Shown: positions 1-9,105, counted from the first letter of the stretch. The stretch: DNA of 33,600 bases from a bacterium (GCA_040752695.1 JBFMGO010000062.1:1-33600); one strand, 5' to 3'. The notes: generated from the letters alone by a model not told the origin. Numbers and translations are program-made.

Positions 1-46
1 GGAAGCTGCCCTGGAAAAGGGCATATTTACAATGCAACAAACCTAA
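1..46 (+). pseudogene. 3' fragment of a second Rpn-family nuclease copy (EAALEKG), truncated
   Basis: Bases 2-24 (gaagctgccctggaaaagggcat) match 1258-1280 of the Rpn gene with one mismatch. The frame then reads IFTMQQT and stops at 44-46. The 5' part lies outside the window. Confidence 0.55.
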
Positions 47-105
47 AATATGGTTATCCAATGATAGAAATAAGGACGCCAGAGGCAATCATAGATGCAA
101 GCTAA
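25..105 (+). pseudogene. C-terminal remnant of a PIN-domain (VapC-like) toxin
   Basis: Frame 1 reads IYNATNLKYGYPMIEIRTPEAIIDAS*, resembling the typical 'N-x-x-N-L-x-x-GY-x-x-IEIRTP' tail of a PIN subfamily. Its end overlaps the start of a small antitoxin-like ORF. Confidence 0.5.
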
Positions 106-256
106 CCCAAGAGAAAAAAAGTTTGATGCTGTCAAAATGATGAGAGAAATTAGGGATAGGTTATCTGAAAAATATTTAGAAATGCCTGAACTTGAGGACA
201 AAGATTTGGAAGCAATAAGGAGAGAATACGGCATCAAACCCGAAGGGAAAAAATAA
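95..256 (+). CDS. small (53 aa) charged protein, putative antitoxin partner of a PIN toxin
   Basis: Hand-translated, below the ORF-track cutoff: MQANPREKKFDAVKMMREIRDRLSEKYLEMPELEDKDLEAIRREYGIKPEGKK. It overlaps the end of the PIN remnant. Confidence 0.55.
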   Translation: MQANPREKKFDAVKMMREIRDRLSEKYLEMPELEDKDLEAIRREYGIKPEGKK

Positions 257-303
257 AGTATCAGGGGCTGATCTTCGCGAAAACAAGGGCGAGGTGATTG
301 GTT

Positions 304-450
304 ATGAAGTTTAAAGTACTTGAGTGGATTCGCAAGGTCCGGGACGAGGAGTACAAAGAAACTAAGAACCTGCACCCAAAGGAAAAAATCGAACACACAA
401 AGAAAATGGCTAAGGTACTTTTAAGGAAATACTATAAAGGCATGCGTTAA
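304..450 (+). CDS. small (48 aa) charged protein, similar to the 95-256 product
   Basis: GAGGTG RBS upstream. Reads MKFKVLEWIRKVRDEEYKETKNLHPKEKIEHTKKMAKVLLRKYYKGMR and shares the K-F-x5-6-R-x-[IV]-R-D pattern with the upstream ORF. Confidence 0.5.
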   Translation: MKFKVLEWIRKVRDEEYKETKNLHPKEKIEHTKKMAKVLLRKYYKGMR

Positions 451-561
451 GGCCAAGGCATTAGATCAAGCAAGATACAGCAAGCGAATGCAAGCTATAA
501 CGAACGTGAGATTGAATAGGTATCTGGTGATGAAGAGACAAGAAAGGAGGGGATAGCAATT

Positions 562-1416
562 ATGCAGTTTACTGATCCTCGCTCTGATTATGCTTTCAAG
601 AGGATTTTTGGCAACGATCGTGCTCATGATATTCTGATCTCCTTTCTTAATGCGGTTATGGATCTTAAGGGTGAGAGGAGGATCAAGTCGGTGATCATCC
701 TGAATCCCTATGAGGCGCCCAAGATCAAAGAGCTCAAGCACAGCTTCCTGGATGTAAAGTGTACGGATCATCGTGGAGTGCACTATGTGGTTGAGATGCA
801 GGTTGAATATGTCAAGGGCTTCATCAAGAGGATTATCTATAATTCCTCAAAAGCTTATGTCAACCAGATCGAGCGGGGAGAGAATTATCCCAGACTCAAT
901 CAGGTCATCTCGATCAATATCCTTGACTTTATCATGTTTGAGGATTCATGTGTAGGGTATTTATCTCACCATGTGGTCAAGGAGGCAAAAACCAATCAGA
1001 GCTATATTGATGAGATCAGCTACTACTTTATTGAACTGCCCAAGTTTACCAGGAAAGAGGATGAACTGGAGAATGACCTTGAACGGTGGGTATTCTTCCT
1101 CAAGAATGCGGGCAGCCTTGATTATATCCCTCAAAGCCTTCAGGTCGAGGTCTTCAAAAAGGCCTTTGACATAGCCAGCAGATCCAACCTGAGCAGAGAG
1201 GAATGGGAACTCTACGATCAAAGCATGGTCTTGATTCAGGATCAGAAAGGAGCAGTAGAAGCTGCCCTGGAGAAGGGCATGGCTAAGGGTCTGGAAAAGG
1301 GCATGGCCGAGGGGGAGAAGCGTGGGAAACTTGAATCTGCCAGGAAGCTTTTTCAGCTTGGGGTTGATCCGGAAATTATCAGGAGTTCAACTGGAATATC
1401 GGAGGAGGAGCTTTGA
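562..1416 (+). CDS. Rpn family recombination-promoting nuclease / PD-(D/E)XK putative transposase
   Basis: DPRSDYAFKRIFG N-terminus, LDV...VEMQ catalytic motif, FIELPKF, and C-terminal EKGxxxG repeats with a helical tail. AAGGAGG RBS. Confidence 0.9.
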   Translation: MQFTDPRSDYAFKRIFGNDRAHDILISFLNAVMDLKGERRIKSVIILNPYEAPKIKELKHSFLDVKCTDHRGVHYVVEMQVEYVKGFIKRIIYNSSKAYVNQIERGENYPRLNQVISINILDFIMFEDSCVGYLSHHVVKEAKTNQSYIDEISYYFIELPKFTRKEDELENDLERWVFFLKNAGSLDYIPQSLQVEVFKKAFDIASRSNLSREEWELYDQSMVLIQDQKGAVEAALEKGMAKGLEKGMAEGEKRGKLESARKLFQLGVDPEIIRSSTGISEEEL

Positions 1417-1714
1417 TAGTTTGATAGCAGGAGTTAATCAACCGATCAAGGCATAAAATATATCACAAAAGCAACCAAAACCGTTGGGAAACGACAAGTT
1501 GATGTGGGAAAGAGCCAAATTTCAGGATACTGAAGGCAGAATTCAAAAAACCAGGATAAATACAGCAGCGCCTTTATAAATGCAGGTAAATGTAATCGGA
1601 AGGGCTGAAGGATCGGCTATCAGGAAAGCGCGCCGGATGGGACTTGGCGTCACCGTAAATTGAAGCAGAAGTACTTTGCGAAGAGACATCTTTGGTTAGG
1701 AGAGGAGAGCTAGT

Positions 1715-2020
1715 ATGGGTGGCATAAGGACGAGTGAAGGGCTTTCAAAAAATTATGCAGGTTCGGATGGTAGACGTATTGGTGGATTTTTAAGGCGCAG
1801 CTCTACATTAACCACACAAGAGAAAAAACGGAATCTCCAGATCGAAAGGCTTGAAATTCTTGCACGGTATAATGCTATGAACGTTGAAGAATTAAGAAGA
1901 AAAATCAGAGAGGGTGCAGTGCCGGGCCTCTCTGCGTGGGAAGATCTTATCGAGGTAAAGAATATCGAAGCTGAAATGAAGGAATTAGATAATAATCTAA
2001 GCATGTTACCACAAGTTTAA
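1715..2020 (+). CDS. small antitoxin-like hypothetical protein, 5' end possibly frameshifted
   Basis: The C-terminal part (LARYNAMNVEELRRKIREGAVPGLSAWEDLIEVKNIE) resembles small TA-associated proteins. An alternative start at 1755 (MQVRMVDVLVDF*) is in another frame. Confidence 0.4.
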   Translation: MGGIRTSEGLSKNYAGSDGRRIGGFLRRSSTLTTQEKKRNLQIERLEILARYNAMNVEELRRKIREGAVPGLSAWEDLIEVKNIEAEMKELDNNLSMLPQV

Positions 2021-2121
2021 TACGCGTAGTTAACACGTGCAGTTAACATGTGCAGTTCAGCATGTGCGGTTAACACGCGCAGTTCAGCATGCGCAGTCGA
2101 GCGCGCTTAGTTCGGCACGCC
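2013..2121. repeat. degenerate tandem repeat, about 8 copies of a 13-14 bp unit (consensus AGTTAACACGTGC)
   Basis: agtttaatacgcgt / agttaacacgtgc / agttaacatgtgc / agttcagcatgtgc / ggttaacacgcgc / agttcagcatgcgc / agtcgagcgcgctt / agttcggcacgcc. Confidence 0.8.
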
Positions 2122-2221
2122 CGACATAACTAAGTATAATTTTACCTGTGCATTTTACCATGAGCAATTTTTACATTTGCAACTCTCATGCATTGTTTAC
2201 AAAGGAGGGTAGGTAATATCG

Positions 2222-2761
2222 GTGTCGGAAGAAAAAGAAATTACTGCAACCGAGGAAAGGGAAAATTCCGCAATTAACGTTTTAGATCTGGATTCGAAGT
2301 TTAAGTATGAGGTTTCCGAGCAGCCAGGGGGTGAAAATCTGAAGATGTGCTTCTCGTGCGGCATTTGTACTGCCGGGTGCCCGGTGACAGAGGTTGAAAA
2401 TGAATATAATCCCCGCAGGTTGATCCGGATGATTTTATTGGGGATGAAGGAGGAAGTGCTTTCTTCCAATCTGATCTGGCTCTGCTCGCTTTGCTACACG
2501 TGCTATGCGCGCTGTCCCCAGAATGTAAAATTTACCGACATTATGGGAGTTTTGCGTGACATGGCAGTTCGGGAAAACTATGTTCACTCCTCCTTTGTCA
2601 AGCATATCAACGAGATTGACCGCCTATCGCAGCAGGTACGTCATCAAATGGTGCGGGCCATCTTTTCTCAAAAAAAAGAAGATCGCCCCATAGACCAGGG
2701 AAGTTTACTGAAGATGGCTGTCGAGAAACTACAGGATGGAGAGAAACTACAGAAGGAGTAA
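2222..2761 (+). CDS. hdrC: heterodisulfide reductase subunit C-like 2x[4Fe-4S] protein
   Basis: CFSCGICTAGCP and WLCSLCYTCYARCP motifs, NPRRLIRMILLG segment. GTG start with a GGAGG RBS. Confidence 0.88.
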   Translation: MSEEKEITATEERENSAINVLDLDSKFKYEVSEQPGGENLKMCFSCGICTAGCPVTEVENEYNPRRLIRMILLGMKEEVLSSNLIWLCSLCYTCYARCPQNVKFTDIMGVLRDMAVRENYVHSSFVKHINEIDRLSQQVRHQMVRAIFSQKKEDRPIDQGSLLKMAVEKLQDGEKLQKE

Positions 2762-2768
2762 AGGGATC

Positions 2769-5700
2769 ATGGGGCTTAATAATGGTCAAAAGAAGATCGG
2801 AGCGGTCATGGTCGTCGGTGGAGGCGTAGCCGGGGTCCAGTCGGCTCTGGATCTGGCGGATTCCGGATACAAGGTCTACCTGGTCGAGCGGGGGCTGAGC
2901 ATTGGTGGAGTAATGGCCCAGCTCGACAAGACCTTTCCGACGAATGACTGTTCAATGTGTATCTTAGCGCCCAAGCTGGTAGATACGGGTCGGCATCAGA
3001 ATATCGAGATTATCACCAATGCCGAAATCCAAAAAGTGGATGGCGATGCAGGAAACTTCCGGGTCAGGGTATTGAAGCATTCCCGGTACGTTGACGAGGC
3101 GAAGTGCACGGGCTGCGGCGACTGTGAAAAGCAATGCCCAGTGGAAGTTCCCAATGAATTCGAGCAGTGCCTGACGATGAGAAAGGCGATTTACAAGCCC
3201 TTTGCCCAGGCTATTCCCAACAGGTATTCCATTGATAAGCTGGGCAAATCCCCCTGCAAGCTCGTTTGTCCGCTGGAGCAGAATGCGCAAGGGTATATCG
3301 CCTTAATTAAAGATAAAAAATTTACCGAGGCATTTAACCTCATCAGAAAGAATAATCCGCTGCCGGCAATCTGCGGAAGAGTTTGCGCACATCCCTGCGA
3401 GGAGGTCTGCAAGCGAGGCGAGATCGATCAGCCTCTTTCCATTGCCGCACTCAAGCGCTTTGCTGCGGATTACGCTAAAACCCATGCGTCGGATGACGCA
3501 TGCGCTCAAAACCTTTCCGAAGAAGCTGGGCAGGGCAAAGAAGGTATACAGGGCAGGGAAGCAGAAAAACGCACGGAAAAGGTCGCCATTGTCGGCGCCG
3601 GGCCTGCCGGATTGGTAGCTGCCCACGATCTGGCCCTGAAAGGGTATCCGGTCACCATCTATGAGGCGCTGCCTGTGGCAGGGGGCATGCTGGCCGTGGG
3701 TATTCCCGAATACCGGCTGCCCAGGGATGTCTTGCAGGCCCAGATCGATGACATCAAGGCGCTGGGTGTGGAAATCAAACTCAATGCTCCCCTCGGTCCT
3801 CAGTTTACTTTGGACGACCTGAAGTCTGACGGATATCGAGCGATCTTACTGGCTACCGGCGCACACAAGAGCCTCAAACTGGAAGTTCCCGGTGAGGAGC
3901 AAAAGGGTGTGATCCACTGCACCGACTTTTTGCGCGAAGTGAATTTAGGCCGGCCGGTAGAGGTTGGCCAGCGGGTTGCGGTCATAGGCGGAGGGAACAC
4001 GGCCATCGATGCTGCCAGAACAGCCTGGCGGCTGGGCGCATCCGAAGTCACCATTGTCTACCGCAGAACCCGGACCGAGATGCCAGCTCTTGAAGATGAA
4101 ATCAATGCCGCCGAGTTCGAAGGAGTCAAGATCGAATATTTGACCGCGCCGGTTGAGATCATCGGAGAAGATACCGGAGAAAACGCCAGAGTGACCGGCT
4201 TAAAATGCATTCGCATGGAATTGGGCGAGCCTGACCAAAGAGGCCGCAGAAGGCCGGTACCCATCGCGGGGACGGAATTTATCATGCCTGTGGATACCGT
4301 GATTCCGGCTTTAAGCCAGGCACCTGACCTTTCCTTTTTGCCTGACGACACACCGTTGAAAAAAAGCCGCTGGGGTTCTCTGGAGGTAGATCCGGTTTCG
4401 GAGGCCACCAATATGGAGGGGATTTTTGCAGCCGGTGAGGTGGTGACCGGGCCTGGCATCGCAGTCGATGCCATGGCTAAGGGCCGTGAGGCAGCCATTT
4501 CCATTGACCGGTTTCTCAATGGCCAGGATATGAAAGAGGGCAGGACTGGTAAAGAGACTCCCGTCAAGGCAGACCCTGACATAAACCGCTGGGATGTCAA
4601 GCCGGCCCGGAGGGTCCATATGCCCATGCTCAGTCTTAAGGAGCGCACGGGGAATTTCAAGGAAGTGGACCTTGGGCTTACAGAGGAAATGGCCATAGCT
4701 GAGGCGCAGCGCTGCCTGAACTGCGGGATCTGCTCTGAGTGCATGGAGTGTGTGGCTACCTGCAAGGCCGGAGCTGTCAATCATGAGCTGAAAGATGAAA
4801 CCGTTGAGCTCGATGTCGGCAGCGTGATTCTTGCCCCGGGGTATGAGGAATTTGACGCCACGCTCAAGACCAGTTTTGGCTATGGACGCTTCCCGAACGT
4901 TGTGGCGAGCATTGAGTTTGAGCGTATCCTGAGCGCTTCCGGGCCTTATAAGGGCCACATCGTCCGGCCTTCCGACCACCGGGAGCCAAAGCGCATCGCC
5001 TTTATTCAGTGCGTAGGCTCGCGTGACACCTCCTGCGATAACGATTACTGTTCATCGGTCTGCTGTATGTATTCCATCAAGGAAGCGGTCATTGCCAGAG
5101 AACATGTGCGTACCATCGAGCCCACCATCTTTTACAACGATATGAGGGCGTATGGGAAGGATTTCGATAAATACGTGAACCGCGCGGAGAAAGAGTACGG
5201 GGTGAGATTCATCAAGTCCCTGGTAGCCAGGGTTGACGAAATCCCCGAGACGAATGACCTGGCCTTGAACTACATCCGCGAGGATGGCACGCTCATCAGC
5301 GAGCGGTTTGACCTGGTCGTTCTGGCCGTAGGTTTCGAGCCGCCCCGGAGTATTCAGGAGATGGCAGCCCGGCTGGATGTGGCTTTGAACCGGTACGGCT
5401 TTTGCCAGACTTCGACTCTGTCACCCTTGAAGACCTCACGGCCCGGTATCTATGTTTGCGGCGCTTTTGTCAGCCCGAAGGATATCCCCGAGACGGTCAT
5501 GCAGGCCAGCGGTGCGGCAGGCGAGGCATCGGCCATTCTATCTTCGGCGAGAAATACGCTCATTACGGAAAAAGTCTATCCTCAAGAGCGCAGCGTAGCA
5601 GGCGAGCCCCCCAGAATCGGCGTTTTTGTCTGTCACTGCGGCATCAACATCGGCGGCTTTGTCAATGTGCCTGAGGTGAGAGAGTATGCACTTACGCTTC

Positions 5701-7310
5701 CCTTTGTGTATTATGCTGCCGATAATCTCTATACCTGCTCGGAAGATACCCAGCAGAAGATGGTCGAGATAATCAAGGAATACCGGCTGAACCGGGTGAT
5801 TGTGGCTTCCTGCTCGCCGAGAACCCACGAGCCGCTTTTCCAGGCGACCATCCGGGAGGCGGGGCTTAATCCTTATCTTTTCGAGATGGCCAATATCCGT
5901 GATCAATGCTCCTGGGTGCATATGTTCGAGAAAGAGAAGGCCACGGCCAAGGCCAAAGACCTGGTCAGGATGGCGGTTTACAAGGCAGCTTTGATCGAGC
6001 CTTTAACCCGGATTTCCCTGCCGGTCAACTCTGCCGCCCTGGTCATCGGAGGCGGTCTGGCCGGTATGACTGCTGCCCTGTCCCTGGCCGATCAGGGCTT
6101 CGATGTCCATTTGGTGGAAAAAGACGGGCAATTGGGAGGAGTGGCCAGGGAAATTTACTACACACCGGAAACAGCGGGCAGAGTTACGGTTCCGAAGGAT
6201 CAGGATTTTCCTGCCTTCCTTCAGGGCGTCATCGAAAAGGTCAAAAACCACCCTATGATCCGGGTCAACCTGAATTCGCAAGTGACTGAAGTCAATGGAT
6301 TCGTCGGCAATTTCTCGTCCGTTATCCAGGCAAAGGGCAGGAAGTTTCCCGTTGATCACGGCGCCATTGTCGTGGCTACCGGCGCTTTAGAGCACTCACC
6401 CACCGAGTATTTATATGGAGAGAGCGCCAAGGTAGTGACGGGCCATGATCTCGAAGCACTGATCGCTCAGGAAGACCAAAGGGTAATGAACGCCAAGAAC
6501 GTGGTCATGATTCAATGCGTGGGCTCACGGGAAGAAGGGCGGATGTATTGCAGTCGCGTCTGCTGCACGCAAAGCGTGAAGAATGCCCTGGCTCTGAAAA
6601 AGGTCAATCCGAAGGCCAATGTATATATTCTCTACCGGGACATTCGAACCTATGGACTGAAAGAGGAATATTATCGGCAGGCCCGGTCCGAGGGCGTGGT
6701 TTTCATCCGCTACGATCTGGACGAAAAACCTCTTGTTTCATCACAATCTACCGGCAATGGGACAGGAAGTATTCAGGTCAGGACCAAAGATCCCATCTTG
6801 AACAGGCAGATTGTCCTGCCGGCGGACCTTTTGGTGCTTGCACCCGCGATCCTTGCTCCTTCAAGCAACAAGGATCTGGCTCAGATGCTCAAGGTGCCGG
6901 TGAACGAGGATGGGTTCTTTCTCGAAGCGCACATGAAATTGCGGCCCGTGGACTTTGCCACCGATGGCATTTTTGTCTGTGGCCTGGCCCATGCCCCGAA
7001 ATCGATGGATGAAAGTATTGCCCAGGCCAAGGCTGCCGCAGCCAGGGCTTCGGTAGTCTTGAGTAAAGCGGCCATCGAGACGCAGGGTCAGACTGCCAAA
7101 GTCGATAAGGCCCGGTGCGCTGCCTGCGGCCTGTGTGAACTGGTATGCGCCTACAAGGCAATCGCGCTGGATGTGCAGGAAGGATGTGCCAAGGTCAATG
7201 AGGCCCTCTGCAAAGGTTGCGGTGCCTGTGCTGCCACCTGCCGCTGTGGGGCGCTGGATGTGAAAGGATTTACCAACCAACAGATATTTCAGATGATGGA
7301 GGCCCTATGA
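2769..7310 (+). CDS. hdrA: large heterodisulfide reductase A-like flavoprotein (HdrL type): two fused HdrA units with an inserted GltD/NfnB-like FAD/NAD(P)H domain
   Basis: GGGVAG...AQLDKTFPTNDCSMC; ferredoxin motif CTGCGDCEKQCP; GltD-like block (PCKLVCP, ICGRVCAHPCEEVC, GAGPAG, GGGNTAID, VYRR, EAQRCLNC); two QCVGSR...YCSxVCC motifs; VCHCGINI/ASCSP/NIRDQCSWVH; C-terminal ferredoxin. Start placed at ATG 2769 rather than 2736. Confidence 0.92.
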   Translation: MGLNNGQKKIGAVMVVGGGVAGVQSALDLADSGYKVYLVERGLSIGGVMAQLDKTFPTNDCSMCILAPKLVDTGRHQNIEIITNAEIQKVDGDAGNFRVRVLKHSRYVDEAKCTGCGDCEKQCPVEVPNEFEQCLTMRKAIYKPFAQAIPNRYSIDKLGKSPCKLVCPLEQNAQGYIALIKDKKFTEAFNLIRKNNPLPAICGRVCAHPCEEVCKRGEIDQPLSIAALKRFAADYAKTHASDDACAQNLSEEAGQGKEGIQGREAEKRTEKVAIVGAGPAGLVAAHDLALKGYPVTIYEALPVAGGMLAVGIPEYRLPRDVLQAQIDDIKALGVEIKLNAPLGPQFTLDDLKSDGYRAILLATGAHKSLKLEVPGEEQKGVIHCTDFLREVNLGRPVEVGQRVAVIGGGNTAIDAARTAWRLGASEVTIVYRRTRTEMPALEDEINAAEFEGVKIEYLTAPVEIIGEDTGENARVTGLKCIRMELGEPDQRGRRRPVPIAGTEFIMPVDTVIPALSQAPDLSFLPDDTPLKKSRWGSLEVDPVSEATNMEGIFAAGEVVTGPGIAVDAMAKGREAAISIDRFLNGQDMKEGRTGKETPVKADPDINRWDVKPARRVHMPMLSLKERTGNFKEVDLGLTEEMAIAEAQRCLNCGICSECMECVATCKAGAVNHELKDETVELDVGSVILAPGYEEFDATLKTSFGYGRFPNVVASIEFERILSASGPYKGHIVRPSDHREPKRIAFIQCVGSRDTSCDNDYCSSVCCMYSIKEAVIAREHVRTIEPTIFYNDMRAYGKDFDKYVNRAEKEYGVRFIKSLVARVDEIPETNDLALNYIREDGTLISERFDLVVLAVGFEPPRSIQEMAARLDVALNRYGFCQTSTLSPLKTSRPGIYVCGAFVSPKDIPETVMQASGAAGEASAILSSARNTLITEKVYPQERSVAGEPPRIGVFVCHCGINIGGFVNVPEVREYALTLPFVYYAADNLYTCSEDTQQKMVEIIKEYRLNRVIVASCSPRTHEPLFQATIREAGLNPYLFEMANIRDQCSWVHMFEKEKATAKAKDLVRMAVYKAALIEPLTRISLPVNSAALVIGGGLAGMTAALSLADQGFDVHLVEKDGQLGGVAREIYYTPETAGRVTVPKDQDFPAFLQGVIEKVKNHPMIRVNLNSQVTEVNGFVGNFSSVIQAKGRKFPVDHGAIVVATGALEHSPTEYLYGESAKVVTGHDLEALIAQEDQRVMNAKNVVMIQCVGSREEGRMYCSRVCCTQSVKNALALKKVNPKANVYILYRDIRTYGLKEEYYRQARSEGVVFIRYDLDEKPLVSSQSTGNGTGSIQVRTKDPILNRQIVLPADLLVLAPAILAPSSNKDLAQMLKVPVNEDGFFLEAHMKLRPVDFATDGIFVCGLAHAPKSMDESIAQAKAAAARASVVLSKAAIETQGQTAKVDKARCAACGLCELVCAYKAIALDVQEGCAKVNEALCKGCGACAATCRCGALDVKGFTNQQIFQMMEAL

Positions 7311-7780
7311 CCGAGGGAAAATGCAGTCGAGTAGAGAGTCAGGAAGGCCAGGCGGCTCAGGGAGGACCCTGGCAGCCCAAAGTCGTGGCCTTCCTGTGCA
7401 ACTGGTGCAGCTACGCAGGGGCGGACCTGGCCGGTATCAGCAGGATTCAGTACCCCCCCAACATCCGTATCATCCGGGTGCCCTGCTCAGGAAGAATAAA
7501 CCCTGTTTTCATTTTAAAAGCCCTGCAGACCGGAGCGGACGCGGTACTAGTCTCCGGCTGTCATCCGGGGGATTGCCACTATGTCAGCGGCAATTACTAT
7601 GCCCGCCGGAAATTCGAGATGTTCAACCGGCTGCTGAATTTCATCGGCCTGGAACCGGGAAGGGTTTTTTTCTCCTGGGTTTCGGCTGCCGAAGGAGAGA
7701 ACTTTGGCCGCCTGATCAAGCATGTCGTGACTGAGGTGGAAAAACTCGGGCCAGCCAGCAAGTTGGTGAAAACAGTATGA
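7307..7780 (+). CDS. flxD: MvhD/FlxD-like [2Fe-2S] subunit
   Basis: FLCNWCSYAGAD, RVPCSGR, GCHPGDCHY motifs. ATGA overlap with the hdrA stop and a GGAGG RBS. Confidence 0.9.
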   Translation: MTEGKCSRVESQEGQAAQGGPWQPKVVAFLCNWCSYAGADLAGISRIQYPPNIRIIRVPCSGRINPVFILKALQTGADAVLVSGCHPGDCHYVSGNYYARRKFEMFNRLLNFIGLEPGRVFFSWVSAAEGENFGRLIKHVVTEVEKLGPASKLVKTV

Positions 7781-7864
7781 AGATGGCATAAAGACGTCAT
7801 GAAGATAGTATGAAGACAGTATGAAGCTTTATCGTCATAAAAAGCTTCATGATTGATATGAAGT
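7772..7864. repeat. degenerate approx. 11-bp tandem repeat (CAGTATGAAGA) starting at the flxD stop codon
   Basis: cagtatgaaga tggcataaaga cgtcatgaaga tagtatgaaga cagtatgaagc ... Confidence 0.65.
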
Positions 7865-7898
7865 TATATATAACCACGGTGGAATATTGACTGATGCT

Positions 7899-7963
7899 AA
7901 AAATCCCCCTTGCCCCTCCTTGAGAAAGGGGGGGTGAGGGCACCCTTGAGAAAAGGGGGGGAA
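7899..7963. repeat. REP-like CCCC-rich/GGGG-rich palindromic element
   Basis: aatcccccttgcccctccttgagaaagggggggtgagggcacccttgagaaaagggggggaa contains two CC(C)TTGAGAAA(A)GGGGGG hairpin units. Confidence 0.6.
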
Positions 7964-7975
7964 CGGAGTAAATTT

Positions 7976-8971
7976 ATGTGGTCAGAGGAAATAACCCGGA
8001 ACATCCGAACCACAGCGGAATCGCTGCTGCGGGAGGGGAAGGTGGATCTTATTATCGGCTATCAGGCCGGCACAACGCCCCTGCGGACGACTCCCGCATT
8101 TATCCGCTCTGCGGAGCAGGCACCTTCGCTGGTTTGGAATCCTTTTTGCGAGAATAACCTCAGTGTCTACCTGCCGAAGCGCAAAGAGAGAATCGGCCTC
8201 ATGGCCAAGGGCTGTGATGGCAGATCCGCTGTAGTGGCTTTGCAGGAGAAGCAAATCGATCGGGATCGCCTGACGATTATCGCGCTTCCCTGCTCAGGAA
8301 TTATTGACCGAAAGAAGCTGGCATCGGCTTTCGATATCGATAAAGTCAAAGGCTTCTCCCTTGAGCAAGACTCGCTGGTGCTGGATGTGGAAAGAGGAGA
8401 ACCGGTGAAGGTAAGCCTTGGGGAATTTTTGCATGCATCCTGCCAGACCTGTACAGAAAGGACCTCGTCCATAGCTGATATTTCCATTGGTCAGGAGGGA
8501 CAGGGGGAGTCAGGAAACGAGGCGAACGAGAGTATGCTCAGGGGGCAGGACGAATTTGCTGAAATCCGGGCATTTGAAGCCCTGAGCAGCCAGGAACGGT
8601 GGGACTATTTTACCGCTCTGGCGCAAAAATGCATCCGGTGCTATGCCTGCCGCAGCGCCTGCCCCTTGTGTTATTGCCAGGAATGTATCGTGGACCAGAC
8701 ACAGCCACAGTGGTTCGGCAAGACCACGGCGCAAGAGGATGTTCTGGTTTACCACATTATGCGCGCCTTTCATGCTGCGGGAAGATGCGTAGATTGTGGC
8801 GCTTGCAGCAGGGCCTGCCCCATGGGCATTGATTTGCGGATTCTCAACAAAAAGCTCCAGAAAGATGTAAAGGAACTTTATCATTATACACCGGGATTGA
8901 ATCCGGATGTAGCGCCAGCCATGGGTGACTATAAGCCTGATGATCCGCAAGAGTGCATCACCGAAAAATAG
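7976..8971 (+). CDS. flxC: FlxC-like iron-sulfur subunit (FrhB/FdhB-like N-terminus plus 2x[4Fe-4S])
   Basis: KVDLIIGY, KGCDGRS, CQTC, CIRCYACRSACPLCYCQEC, GRCVDCGACSRACP. Lies between flxD and flxB. Start at ATG 7976 after GGAG. Confidence 0.82.
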   Translation: MWSEEITRNIRTTAESLLREGKVDLIIGYQAGTTPLRTTPAFIRSAEQAPSLVWNPFCENNLSVYLPKRKERIGLMAKGCDGRSAVVALQEKQIDRDRLTIIALPCSGIIDRKKLASAFDIDKVKGFSLEQDSLVLDVERGEPVKVSLGEFLHASCQTCTERTSSIADISIGQEGQGESGNEANESMLRGQDEFAEIRAFEALSSQERWDYFTALAQKCIRCYACRSACPLCYCQECIVDQTQPQWFGKTTAQEDVLVYHIMRAFHAAGRCVDCGACSRACPMGIDLRILNKKLQKDVKELYHYTPGLNPDVAPAMGDYKPDDPQECITEK

Positions 8972-9105
8972 GTATAAAGAGTAGGTATAAAGAATAGAAA
9001 TAGGGGGCAAGAATCGGGAAGCCAGAGGAAAAACAGCTTTTTCTCCTGACTTTTTGACTTCTTCGACTCCTGAATTCTTCTTTTCAAAAGATAGGAATCA
9101 AAAGA

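Noticed and set aside
2013..2121. Repeat array as a possible CRISPR
   Set aside because: Units are 13-14 bp, head-to-tail, with no unique spacers and no cas genes.
2769..7780. Selenocysteine in HdrA or FlxD/MvhD, which are selenoproteins in some anaerobes
   Set aside because: All relevant Cys positions use TGT/TGC. The hdrA TGA is an ordinary stop overlapping the flxD ATG.
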